Assembly (NCBI GenBank): GCA_013239625.1
Contig: MU053606.1
Coordinates: 186,001-250,000 of the forward strand
Length of the DNA stretch: 64,000 bases
Direction: 5' to 3'
From: Lama guanicoe
Lineage: Eukaryota
The position numbers were made by a program, and so were the translations under genes. Shown in pieces: positions 1-11,880 of this stretch. Numbering within the stretch: position 1 is the stretch's first letter; each line of letters begins with the position of its first letter. The notes beneath the pieces were generated by a model, which had not been told where the DNA came from, did not search any database, and was given only the letters and a program-made list of their open reading frames with translations.

Positions 1-85
1 ATCTTATTTATGCCTATCTTTTAAAGTAACAAAGAAACAAGAGAAAAAGCAGAGGATGATTTCTGTTCTTCCTCTCGGCTTGCAG

Positions 86-273
86 GTGCCCTCACCTCCA
101 GTGGCATCCATGCAGACATCAGCACTGAAACTGGCCGTGCTCAGAAATGCCTCAGCCCTGAAGACACAACTGACAAATAAGGACATCAGCACTGAAACTG
201 GCCATGCTCAGAACTGCCTCAGCCCTGAAGACACAACTGACAAATAGAAGGGGGCCACGCCCTGTTACAGCAG
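86..273 (+). pseudogene. TRAPPC9: TRAPPC9 pseudo-exon ([41 protein letters not shown] exon)
   Basis: Pyrimidine tract + cttgcAG|GT GCC; reads (G)ALTSSGIHADISTETGRAQKCLSPEDTTDK* (TAA 178-180), then a 67-bp duplicate ending TAG 245-247 and KGATPCYS. No GT at the expected donor (AGCAG ATGC). Confidence 0.9.
115..246 (+). repeat. 67-bp-period tandem duplication inside the pseudo-exon
   Basis: gacatcagcactgaaactggcc...gacaaata starts at 115 and 182, with 2 internal substitutions. Confidence 0.95.
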
Positions 274-1439
274 ATGCTCTCACTTTGTGGGTCCTTATGT
301 AACTGCATGGTGTTATTCAGGATCACCCATTCTACATTGTGTGAAGCTGCTGCGGTGTCTCCTAGTTATTTGCTTCTGTAAGTACTCGTGTATTTTCTCC
401 AATGCATGGTACTAGACATCTAAAAATGCTTTTTTCAGATGAAAAATTATGTGTATTTAATATAATAAGTCTGAAAAAAGGGGCAAAAGGGGCTATCCTG
501 GTCCCACTACTCACAGATAATAATTAACACTTTAACATCTATTTTCTGTTCTTTTCGTCAGTGTGTATCAGCTCTGTCATAAAAACCAGTGAGCACTCTG
601 TGCGTGTTTACTGTGTGGAGACCTCCACTTTCCATTCGGCTTATTACAAGTTTTTCTACAATATTCTATCTCCCCTGGCATGATTTTTAATGACCAGTAT
701 AGCATTCTGTCTTGTGGAGGCATCGTCCATTTTACTTTGGACTTAAATAAACTTTTAAATTCCAAGTATACTTAACTGAAGTGCTGAAAAGAGAACAGCG
801 GTGGTACCTAAAGGCCCCGACATCCCTTCCCCTTATTTCCTGAGAGTAAAAGCTGTTGAAAATGTAGTGTATATATTTCATGACCTTTATGCCTATGACA
901 TATATATATATATATACACCCATGCATACATACCTACATGCATACACGTATATCACAAATCTATGTATATGTGTGTGCATATATGCTTTATTAAAAATAA
1001 GGCCATACTGTATGTTTTCAGCAGCTCACTTTATTCACTTAGGGGTATATCGAAGACGTCCTCCCACTACAGACTCACCTAGTCCTTTCAGATAGAGTGG
1101 AGGGGTCTCCGGATGTGCAGGTGTGGTCTCTTGTGCAAGGACACCTTTGGTGGGAGAGTGCTGTGGACAAGATGCTGGACCATGCCGAAACGCTGGCCCC
1201 CTCAGAGCCCACAGCTCACCGTGATTTACTGCATCATTGTCTTGATGGTGGACACTTAAGTTTTCTCCATTTTCCACTGTCAGAAAGGATATTTGACTGG
1301 CATCCTTCTTGTACAGACATTCCTGTGATCTTTTATGAGTATTACTTTAGTTAAGGCTTCTGGAAATTTAGTCCCTGGATGTGACATTTACATTCATCAC
1401 AGGCTCCTTTCTAGTGACATTAGAAATTCTTTCTCCAGT

Positions 1440-2900
1440 GGGGAATTAAAAGATGTAAAATAACTTATGTAACCAATTCTCTATCGCTGGATATGATTTC
1501 ACTTCAGCTTTTCTTCCCACCATTGTAAACAGTGCTGTGTAAATGCCCTGATGAATACATCTTTTGGAACTGATTTTTTTTTCTAAATGAAATGATTCCT
1601 GGAAGTGGAGTTCAGTTTGTGTGTATGCACGTTTCTTAGAGTTTACATATCCATTAAAATGTCATCCTCTGAAAAAGTCGCTCATGGTTTGTTCTCCCAC
1701 AGATGGACACTAGCTAGTATACCTTTTAAAAATATTTGCCAATATGATGAGCAAAAGTGTTTTTTCATTGTTTTAGTTTGCATTTGATGACCAGTAAGGT
1801 ATTGAGAATTTTTCTCTCATTAGCCATCTGACTTTTAAATAGTGAATGATCCCTTTTGTTCTTTGCACACATTTAATTGAGGGAGCTTCTGGTTGCTTTG
1901 TGATAGCTTTGTATGTTATGAACATTAACCCCTTGTCTTCATCAACATGTATCACAGAGCTTTTTCTTGTCATTACTTGCCTTTCATTTTGTTCAGTAGG
2001 TTTATCTTTGTTGTGGCCCAAAATATTATTAAGATAGTAAATGTCTTCCTTTTGGGTTTTATCTTTGGTATTATTCTTAGAAATACTTTCTTATAATGGT
2101 ACAAATCTTTTCTGTTGGTTTTTTTAATCTCTAAGATGAAGATGATAATAGTACTTGTTATCGTGAGGAGAAGTTGAATTAATATGAGCAAAGATTATTT
2201 GCTGTTATTAGTACTTTCTAATATTTACATCGTTATCTGTAATTTTTCTTGTGGTCATTATGAAAGGAATAGAATTTGTTCTTTCCAGGTGATTCTCTGT
2301 TCCAGGACAATGATTGAATTCATACTTTGCTCTTTGTTTTGAAATCCCACCTGTAAAAAATACTTATGTACACTAGAGTCTCTTTTTGAGCTCATGATTT
2401 ATTTCTGTCAATCTTTCTTACTCCAGCACTATATCTTATATATTGTAAAAATTTATTTAATATCTGACAGTGAATTTTTTTTGATTCTTTTCTTCCATCC
2501 CAAATTTTCTTGGCTACTATTATGACTTTATTATTCCTCAAGAATTCTAAAATACTTTTTTCAAGTTAAAGAAAAAACAGAAAAGAGTTGTTATGGGATT
2601 TTTTTAGTAAGTTTTGAATTATCTTTAGGAGAATGTACATCTTTACAAAACTGCTTTCCTCCACGCAATATGTTGATGTGTCTACATTCACACCTCTTAC
2701 TTTACCCCTCAGTACAGTCCTGTAGTTTTCTCCATGTAGAAAATGGACATTAATTTTGAGTTTATTCCAGATTATTGTTGATGTTTTTGTTAATTTTGTA
2801 AGTGAGAATTTTTTGCTATTATATTTTTTAACTGTTTAAACTGACACCTAGGAAGGGAGATTCGGTTTGTAAATACTCACTTTGCAACTTGTCATTTAAA
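1440..2900 (-). mobile_element. Ancient degraded L1 (L1ME/L1M-like) fragments
   Basis: T-rich sequence with typical antisense L1 3' and ORF2 phrases (cattgttttagtttgcattt, atgaacattaacccctt). Boundaries approximate. Confidence 0.55.
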
Positions 2901-3810
2901 ATTGTATTAATTACTTGTTCCAGAATCCTTTCTTTTCTGTCTTTAAAAATTTGTTTCCAAGATTATCAAAATGGTCATAGCTAAGTAGTGTAGGTGGGGA
3001 GACAGATGGAAAGAGGTAGTGTGGCTCATGTGCAAACTGTGAGCAGTTTCATGGCTGCCTTTAGGCTGGAGAAGCCACAGAACAGCCCAGGTTAGACCAG
3101 GAATGGCTTTGTATGCACTTGAAAGCCAGCTTTCCTGCCTTTATGGTGAGGCCTTGTGGGTGTGGCAGGTAGATGATCAAGGTCCGATGGAGGTCATTGG
3201 CTGCACAAAGCGCTGTGTCTGAGAACTGGAGACCATCACCATGGGAAATTCTTGGTGCCAGGAACACTGCAGGGGAGCTGTGTGTTAAGGATTTTCCAGT
3301 CCTGGGAGTGGGAAGATCAGACTCTACATTCAGATCTGAGTTTGAATTCACCCTCTGACTTTTGTCAAGTTATATACCCTCTTTGAAATCCTGTTTTCTT
3401 GTCTCTCAAAACAGGAGAATTATGGTCTGCTGCTAGAGTGTTTTATCAGTGTAAATGATTTGTGTCTATAAGATGCCATGTATAGTCACAGTCTCTGTGA
3501 GAAATGGGCTGTTGCCTCTTCTTCTGCAACTCAGTGCTCAACAAGACATGGGGGAAAGCCAGTTCTTAATTTGTGTGTGGTGCAAGTAGGAAAAAAATTA
3601 ATGTCTTGCCTTTCCCTAGCAGTATTCATACTCCTTTGCTTCATTTACTTCTTTCCTCCTTTCCTTTCCCCTTTCCCCTCCTCCACCCAAAGAGCCTAAG
3701 ACTCTCTCAGAACATTTGATTCAAATTAATTTAAAGGTTGGCTCATACTCATGAAATGACAGTAACATAAAAAAATCTGTACACATCCCAGAATTCATTG
3801 TATTTTATTT

Positions 3811-3864
3811 ACACACACATGCGCATGTACACACACACACACACACCCACACACACACACACAC
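3811..3864. repeat. Imperfect (CA)n microsatellite
   Basis: Direct reading. Confidence 0.95.
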
Positions 3865-4579
3865 AATCAGAGTACCTCCCACTTGCTGAGGGAGAAGGAC
3901 CACTTTTTCTGAGTTTTCATTCTCTGGGCGTGAGACCAAAGTCTCATACGCAGACTTTCACCTGCTTCGTGCATGGTGTTTTTAATTGGATTTCTGCTTT
4001 GTGGGCATAGAAATATTCTCCTAATTGAAGAGAGGAAGTGGAGACATAGACATTCTGCTGAGATGTTGATTTCATCATATTTGAGTTGGAAAACACTTAA
4101 GACAGCATAGAGTCGTAAATTTTATGGATGTGAATCCATGATGGTGTAACTTGGACAAGAACCTGGGTCTTCTGCCATCGTGTCCATGCGAGTGAAGGGG
4201 AAACTGGGCGGGGGATGACAGGGATCCTTCTTGCTTGAGTTCCAGGGTCTTGCTAGTTTTCATTGCTCAGCTGCCTTTAGTTTATGTCCATGTAGCCTCT
4301 CATGGGAAAGTCACTCTGTCCTGATAGACTGAGTTTCTAATCAGCAAAAAGTTCTGGACCCACTCATATTTCCAAGAGTTTTTCTGCTGACCTGCTGACA
4401 CTTTATATAAATGAGACCTAAGAAACTACTGGATATAAAATCCTTATTGTTATCATTTTCCCTCGAGTTCCATAGGAATGGGGTGCTGTCTCATGCTAAG
4501 GCTAGGTCTGAACAAAGATAGGTTGATAGGCTATGCTGCTGGAACCTCCACAATCAAATGGGATTTCCACCTTAGTTTT

Positions 4580-4740
4580 TAGAATCAGGCAGATGAGTTC
4601 AAATCTTGCCTTTACCAGTTATTAGCTTTGTGACCTTGGGGAAAAAACTGTACTTTTTTGTGTCCAATTTTCTTTCTCTGAATATAAGTTCAGTATTTAT
4701 TTTAAGATTTTTTTTACAGAAATGAATGAGCCAAATCTCT
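4580..4740 (+). mobile_element. MIR SINE fragment
   Basis: MIR-like core gagttcaaatcttgcc...tagctttgtgaccttggg. Confidence 0.6.
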
Positions 4741-5249
4741 CATTTATACCTAAAATACTGATTGCGTGGTTCTATGCTGGTGCCTTGGTAGTTGATTACT
4801 AAGGGACTTGGCAGTGAGAATGGGGGTGGGAGACTTCTGGATATTAGAGCTTATATTCCAGGATATGCTTGTAAAAGAGTAGATGCACAGTGGATTTTTA
4901 GTAAATATCCATTCCTTTCCTAATCCACATTGATTGTTTATATAGTTTTATACTAGTAGATGAACAATTTTTATTGCAATTAAATCTTTGTGGTATTTAA
5001 AATATGTAGCTATAACAAAAATACGTGAAATAAAATGATTTGAATTTTATTTTCTTTTCAATAATCAAAACAAATGAAAATAGAAAAGAAAAAAGTTTTG
5101 AAGAAGTAGAAATAATTTTATTTTCATGGAATCAATTCCCTATGATAGGTTTTCTGGTTCTGTTGTTAAACAGCATATAAAATTGATAGGTTGTGACATA
5201 TTGGAAATGAGGAAACAGTGGAGACATACTACCTCCAATGCAGTCATTT

Positions 5250-5784
5250 TGTCACCAAGTCCAAACTCATTCTGCTTGCTGCATGACAGGCCAATAAATC
5301 AGGAAATGAAGTGTTGGAGCAAGGAATAGTGACTTTATTTGAAAAGCTGGCAGACCAAGAAGATGGCATACTGATATCCTGGTGAACCCTCTTCCCCAAG
5401 TCAGAATTCAGTCTCTTTTTATACTAAAAAGTGGCGGGGGTGTGGTTGGTTGTTGCAAACTTTTTGCTGTTTGAATTGTTTGTCCTTGGAATCCTTTGTT
5501 CTTGCAGCTGTCCATATGGGTCAAATCATGGTGCCCCTGTAATACCTCCAAAAAAACAAAGGTTATTCTCTATTTTGCAACTTGCCATCTCTACATAAGT
5601 GCAGATCTAACATCCTTAAAGATCAGAGCCTGGAGAATAGGCCCTCCTGGATATTTCAGGCTAAAGGCAACTTTCTTTTACAGAAAGTGCAGAGCTAGGA
5701 AATCTGAGCCTAGAAAACAGGGCACAGTTTTAAAGCCAAAGGAACACATCTAACATGGAGTCAAATTTGTTCTTGTCTATTACA
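5250..5784 (-). mobile_element. Solo ERV1-type LTR
   Basis: TG...CA ends, 4-bp TSD ATTT (5246-5249 and 5785-5788), minus-strand AATAAA (~5335) and TATAAAA (~5420). Confidence 0.85.
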
Positions 5785-6943
5785 ATTTCTTTTTCCACCT
5801 CATAAATAATTTTAATAAGAAATATGAACTTTTTATTATTTTTTGCTTCTTAATAACAGATAAGTGGGCCAACTACATTTTTGTGAGCAGGAATGCTGTC
5901 CGTGCCTTGGGGTCACAGCAAACTCTTGTAGGGGGTGGTTAACCCTGCAACATGTCTGATGCCCCGTGAGTGTTGCTGAGTGTCCCCCTAACCAGGGTCT
6001 CTCTTCAGGAAGCAGCATATGAGCATTGACCTCTGGAGACCTCTTTTTAAGGTGCAGGAAATTTTTTCAGATACCGTGATTGAAAAATCACTCCAGCTGG
6101 GGATAATTAGGGAATAAAGGAAGAGTAAAAGGGTCTGGAGTAGAGTAGAAGAGAAGGACAGAAGATCAGGGAGCCTGGGGGCTTGGCAGCGGGGCCTTGG
6201 GAGAGAGAGGAGCAGAGGTGGGGAGGGTCCCGGCTCCAGAACCACCTCCTGAAAATGTCCCTGCACCTAAGACACACAGCTTTTAATTGCCCTAGGATGC
6301 TCTACTGTCTGGATGTCACCCTGGGCAGAACCTTGAGAATCAAAGGTAAGGTTAGGGCAGCACTCACCTAGGGGTCACTGAGGACTTTGGTCAAGTCCAC
6401 GTACCTTTTCTGGTCATGTGTCCTCACTTGCCCTTTATTTTAGGATCTGAGTAGCAGGAGGAAGGAACTCAGGGAGAGATCCAGGAAGACATCTGAACAT
6501 GTTAAGAGATGACAGTCACAGCGACACAGGGAGCGAAGACACTTGCAGCAAAGTAAAATCACTTCACACCTATTGCATCAGAGCTGCAGGTGTGAGAGAG
6601 CCTAAGCCTGTCTCAGAGTTCAGGGGACAAGTGGAAAGGAATGGTAAAATTTCCAATGACAATTGAAATTTTGTTAAATAGCCTGCTACTCTTAATTGTA
6701 TGACTTTATTGTATATAGGTGTATTTCTGTGAGCATTTATAGGTTCATGTAACCCCACCAGCCCCTCTTGCCCCCATCGGGGATGGGCTTTCTCAAGCAC
6801 AGTGCCCCTCCTGCTTGGGTGGGCCACGCTGTGGGTCCTGGCCTCATGCCAGGCTGCTGCAGGGCACTGAGTCCCCAAGGCACAGCCTGTGAGACGCGAC
6901 AAGAACATCTCTGCTCTTGGCTGGATTCCTTTTCCCCCTGCAG

Positions 6944-7067
6944 TGTAAGAATGCAGGTGACTCAGTTGGAAGCATGCTTCAAAGCTGTCTGTGTCCTTGC
7001 CATCCAGAAGCAGAGCCTGGAAACTTCTGAATTTCTCCAGAATGCAGTTTACATTCACCTTTGACAG
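6944..7067 (+). pseudogene. TRAPPC9: TRAPPC9 pseudo-exon ([42 protein letters not shown] exon)
   Basis: ttttccccctgcAG acceptor and CAG|GTGAGT donor intact. 124 nt reading CKNA, then a 2-nt frameshift, then [38 protein letters not shown] 7062-7064 sits at the Arg (CGA) position. Confidence 0.93.
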
Positions 7068-9529
7068 GTGAGTGTATGTCCTTACACAAGTGGAGGAATT
7101 ACTTCAGTTTTCCTGGAAATTATTCACCACAAGTCCATCTGACTTTTCTGTGCTAGGATTCAGTATGGCATGCTAAAAATTCTGGAGTCAGATCTTGAAA
7201 ACCTGGTGAAGAGGATTATTTATTTTATTTCTTTATATGATGGTATTTTACTTTCAAAATTCAGAGTTTTCTATTCTTTGAGGAATTTTTGAGGGGGTGG
7301 TGAAAAACTTTACTCTTACCATCTTTGTGACCTGTTGCTATATGCCTCTCACCTGTCTTCTGTCACTTGTGAGGCAGTTCCATTTGTGACCCTGTCCGGG
7401 TTGTTCATGTTATAAAACATAAAGTCTGTAAAAGTACAGTCCCTTTTACTCTGAAGACATTCCACAAATATTACTTAAATCTGGGTGTGATTTTAAGAAG
7501 ACAGAATCATCAGAACATGTACTTGCAGGTTGCTAGTGCAAAATCCACAAATCAATAGTCTAGCTCAACATCTAAAATCTTTCTAATATACCTTAGATTT
7601 GTATGGATAAGTGAAGCAGTTCGCTAAGAACACAAGACCAGGTTTAGAATGCAGGCTCCTGTAGCTCAGCAGGTCCTCCCAAGCTGATGCTCTGCCAGAG
7701 GGCAGGGCTGAGGGGAGAGGGCGTGTCCTGCCCTCCCTGAACTGACAGTATGATGGCAAAGACCTTCACCAGGTGAAGTACTTGGAGTTTCTTCAAAGAA
7801 TATTGGGTTTGAAAAGAGTCCTAAAAGCGCGGGAGTGACACAATCCCATTTGTCTCAAGTAGGGGAGAGCGGCTGTGGGGCCACTTGGGAGACTCATGAG
7901 TCCAGGTGGGCAGTGTTGGTGGCTTCCACTTGAGTGGTGGGACGGTCAGTGGGTAAAAGCAAACAGATTGAAGGCATGTTTAGATGGTTAAAAGGAAAGG
8001 ATGAATGCTCTCTGTGAAGGTAGGATGGAGTAAGGTGCAGGTTTCTGGGTGGATTAATGAGGTAAGTGATGGTCCTGCTTTGCTCTGAGGAGGGAAAGCT
8101 GCAGAGGGAGTTCTGGGGAAAAACTGATGAGTTCAGCTGTGGGTAAAGTGAAAGGTTGTTAAATGTGTGGCCTGGGAGCTCTGGTGAGAGCCAGTAGTGA
8201 GTAGAGGGAGGGGAGAGGGACTTTCAAATCATTTTGTCTTGTGAACATACAAACAAGTAAAAGTAATGACACACTTAACACCTCTATATCCTGTATTTGA
8301 AGCCCAGTAACATTTTGCTATATTGACTGCAGATGTTCTTATTATTTTTTTAATGGAAATAAAATAAATAGCAACAAAATAGTGGAGTTAATGAACATCT
8401 TAGAGTTGATGTGTGCCCTTGTATGTATTTTGATACCTCATCTGTTTATAACCATAATCTACAAAAAGTTAGCTTGCTTAGCATAAGAGTTAAACAGAGG
8501 GCCTTGACACACACTGTTGGGGGTTGAAGCTGATCTTCTTGAGCAAATTATGTCACCTCTCTGTGCCTTAGTTGCATTTTCTGTGGCTTCCCCCGGGTCC
8601 CTCATCACAGCTGATTTCCTAGACTAGAAGTTGGGAGGGAGGCTGCTGAAGGGAGTAAGAAGTCACAACTGCTAGGGATACTGAAGAGAGAGACGAAAAC
8701 AGATTAAAGCTGATAAACTGAGTATAAATGCCCTCAAAAGAGAAAGAATCCCACAGTGTTTTGAGCCACTTAGTGTAAGGGAAACAAAATCACGTGGACC
8801 CAAAGCTCTTGAGCATATGAGTATTGTGGGTGGGAGGGTGTCATCAGAAAAGTGTTGAGAAAAGGCCTTTTCATTTCCCTTGAAGTTTCCAGTAAGGATG
8901 GGGAGCAGAAGCAAAACCCCCACCCCCGGTTCACAGTGGAAGCTACTGTTTTCTGTGAAACTGACCAAAGGTTGGAAACCAGTCATCAGCGGTGCTGGCA
9001 AAAGATGAGCCTTCTGGATTGGGTGGGGCACTTGCTGTAACTTCCAGGTGAGCTGCTGGCTGGGGGCTGTGAGGCGGGCAGTAGGTTTGCAGGGTGACCA
9101 GGGCATAATCCCTGGCTCTGAGGCTGCTGGTCCGATTAGCAGACCTGGGCACCCGCAGCCCTAATGGGGCACTAGGGATGTGGCCTGGGACACCTGCCGT
9201 GCTGAGGGGAAGAAGAGAGCTCCCCTGAGGAGGTGTCTCTGCGGGGAGTGGAAACATCCTCCTGCAGGGTAGGAAGAGCCTCTGAGCAGGGGGCCGGATG
9301 CACAGGCAAGACCAGCCTGAGCATGGAGGTTTTTGGAAGCCAGAAGTCATACAGTGGCCAGAGCAGCCATGTTCTTGAGAGACTGGAGGGAAAAGATGCT
9401 GAAAAGGCAGGCTCAGTTCAGACCCTGTGGTGGGTTATGAGTGACAGGAAAGGACTGTTCAGGCAGGCATGAGAGAATCCTGTGAGCGTCCCAGCTGGGG
9501 CGTCATGCTGGAGGGAGGAGCAGAGATAT

Positions 9530-9625
9530 AGACTATGCCACTTACTAGCTGTGTGACTTTGAGCAAGATCACCCCACCTCTCTATATATATATCTTCATC
9601 TGTAAAGTGACAGAGTGACAAGCTT
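9530..9625 (+). mobile_element. MIR SINE fragment
   Basis: gccacttactagctgtgtgactttgagcaag...cttcatctgtaaa MIR core. Confidence 0.75.
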
Positions 9626-10331
9626 GTGTCATCCGAAGGCTTAGTTTAGCTCTGATCCTCTTTGTCCAGTGCTGTCACTGCTTCCCTGCAAGGTTCTGCA
9701 GTGGCTGCTCTTACCCTGAGAAGGGAGGGCATAGAGGGACGTTGTAGTGCCCGAGGGCAAGAAAGGGTTGCTTTAAAAGCAGACATGTAACCAGTTGTGG
9801 CTGCAGCTGCAGACCAGCAGGCAGTTTGATTGAAAGTCCTGGAGAGGACTTTGGAGGCCTTAGCATCGTCTTAACTCTTGTTTTTCCTTGGGGACCGGAT
9901 TTGCCTTTGCAGATTGATGTAGAAGATTTGGGCTTCTGGCAAAGCTGTTTTCAGAGGTGGGTATATACGTAACATATCGTATAAAATAAAATGATTTATT
10001 TAACGTGTGGGACTTTGCAGCTGTTGGGAACAGCTCTGTTGGCCTGTCCTCCACGGAGGACACTAGGGGTCAGCAGAGCCTACGGGAGGGCAGGTAGCCT
10101 GCAGTGCTGCTGTGGGCTGTTCTTCCCAGTAGGGCACTCTGCAGAGTTGACTCCTCTCAGTTTGGTTGCCAGATGAGCAGACAGCAAATTAATGAGTTCT
10201 GGTGGGATTGTATAATGAGAGGAAGAAAGAGGAAACCGTAGTTTTTCTGGACTAAAACACGCTTTTGGTTCCTGATCCAGTGTGTTCCATTACAGAATTG
10301 ATGAGTTGTGTCTATTCTGGGACTTCATTGA

Positions 10332-10812
10332 AATAAACGTTCAGCCTAAATGTTAAGAGTTATGTTTTATTTGGCTGGAGGACATGAGCCGGTATGACAG
10401 CCTCTCAGATCACTCTGAGGGACTGCTCCCAAGAGGTAGGGGAGGAGCTAGGATATATAGAAGCTTTACAACAAAGACCAGGTAGTTGGAACAATAAAAT
10501 ATTGCTTGTTATCTAAAGAAAACCAGATATCTCAAGTTCAAGTATTTTGTGCTTTTCTAAGTATGGGAGGAAGCAAACATTTGGGTCATTGAATTCATTC
10601 CTTTGTCAAGTACCTAGATATCTAGGGCCAGTATCCTGTCCTTTCTTACTCTGAGTCTACTCAGAGGGCACCATTGTGAGTGGCTGTGAGGCTGGTCTGC
10701 AGGCCTGTCCTCCCTGGGGGGTGGCAGCAGCCGCTGGTGACTTGGTTTCAGCATTCTTTTTTAGTGACATGGTTGCAGTATTTTCATTCACATTGTACTA
10801 TTTTCATTCACA
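10332..10812 (-). mobile_element. 3' LTR of the provirus
   Basis: Matches 16972-17440. Outer ~10 bp missing; 20-bp tandem duplication at 10773-10812; adjacent purine tract CCAAGGGGGAGCAC on the - strand. Confidence 0.9.
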
Positions 10813-11074
10813 GTGCTCCCCCTTGGTCCTAAATTCGACCAATAATTTGAGATAAATTTCATCACTAATTTTGTCCCACGGTGCTAGGATAGCTCAATCC
10901 TAGTTCAGGTGAAGAATATTTTGAGTTGCCATTCAAGGTGTTGGGTGTCTTTATCAGGCCCTGTGGATACTTAAAGTTCTCTGGATCACCTGTCTTACTA
11001 GTCTATTATGATCCAGGAAGTGTTTACCCTTCATTGCTCATTCCCATACCTAGAATCACACTATTATAATTACT

Positions 11075-11240
11075 TTATTCAGGGTTATAAATTTTATCTA
11101 TTTCTTCAAGATGTTTAGCCATCATCAACCTTGTAGGCCTAGTTACACATTGGGAAATGTAACAGACAACAATAAAATAGACAGGATATAAGTAATACAG
11201 CTAGTAACATTAACAAAGTCACGAGTAAGAATTTAATAGT
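11075..11240 (-). pseudogene. Possible Env transmembrane/cytoplasmic-tail remnant
   Basis: The - strand gives hydrophobic VLLISCLFYCCL followed, in another frame, by QCVTRPTRLMMAKHLEEIDKIYNPE*, just upstream of the PPT. Confidence 0.45.
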
Positions 11241-11719
11241 CGAGAAGTTGTATTTTTGGGTCAAAATTTTGCTTGTGTTTCTGATTGAGTTTGAGTGATC
11301 TTATGAGAAAGTTCATATTTATGGTCAGGGTCAGAGCAGGTATTAATTGACTAGGTGAGGTCTCCCACCTTGTAAGATCAACAGTGGCCTTAAAACAGAA
11401 CTATAATTTCTTTTTAGAATAACATTTCTGAGGGCTATCTAGTTAGAGCCTTGGAGTAGGGAAACCCACCAATGTAACACAGACGTAGTAGACATAGACA
11501 TTGTTAAATAACCATAAACTTAAGAATAAGTAGTTCACAATCAAAGGTAGGAGAAATTATCAAAGTAATTGGTATACAGGCCTGGTCCGGTGTCTTGGGT
11601 CAGCTGTCTAGCACAGATGTCATCTTCTTCTCATCCTGGCCTGGTAGCTTTTTCTCCATTTGGACATTGTTTTAAGGTAAGCAGTGCTCTATAGGCCAGT
11701 GCACTGCAGGGGATGTTTC

Positions 11720-11880
11720 TGATAGGAAATGAATCCGAAAGTCCGTTTCCTTCAGCTTTGGTGTGTATGGTCTAGTTAAGAGTACTTGATAAAAGGTCCT
11801 TCCATTCAGGTTGGAGACAGTTCTTTAAGTCATGCCTGTTCCAGTATGTATAATCCCCTGGCTGAAGGTCATGGGGCATT
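11720..11880 (-). pseudogene. Retroviral integrase C-terminal (GPY/F, SH3-like) remnant
   Basis: The - strand reads PHDLQPGDYTYWNRHDLKNCLQPEWK, frameshift, YQVLLT...KLKETDFRIH, matching the gammaretroviral H.FQPGD.V...L.PRWKGPY.VLLT...WIH motif. Confidence 0.8.

Noticed and set aside
6570..7058. 162-aa minus-strand ORF, and other 100-145 aa ORFs at 8.7-9.3 kb, 19.8 kb, 29.5 kb and 39.8 kb
   Set aside because: Antisense to a pseudo-exon, inside LTRs, or low-information chance ORFs with no recognisable protein.
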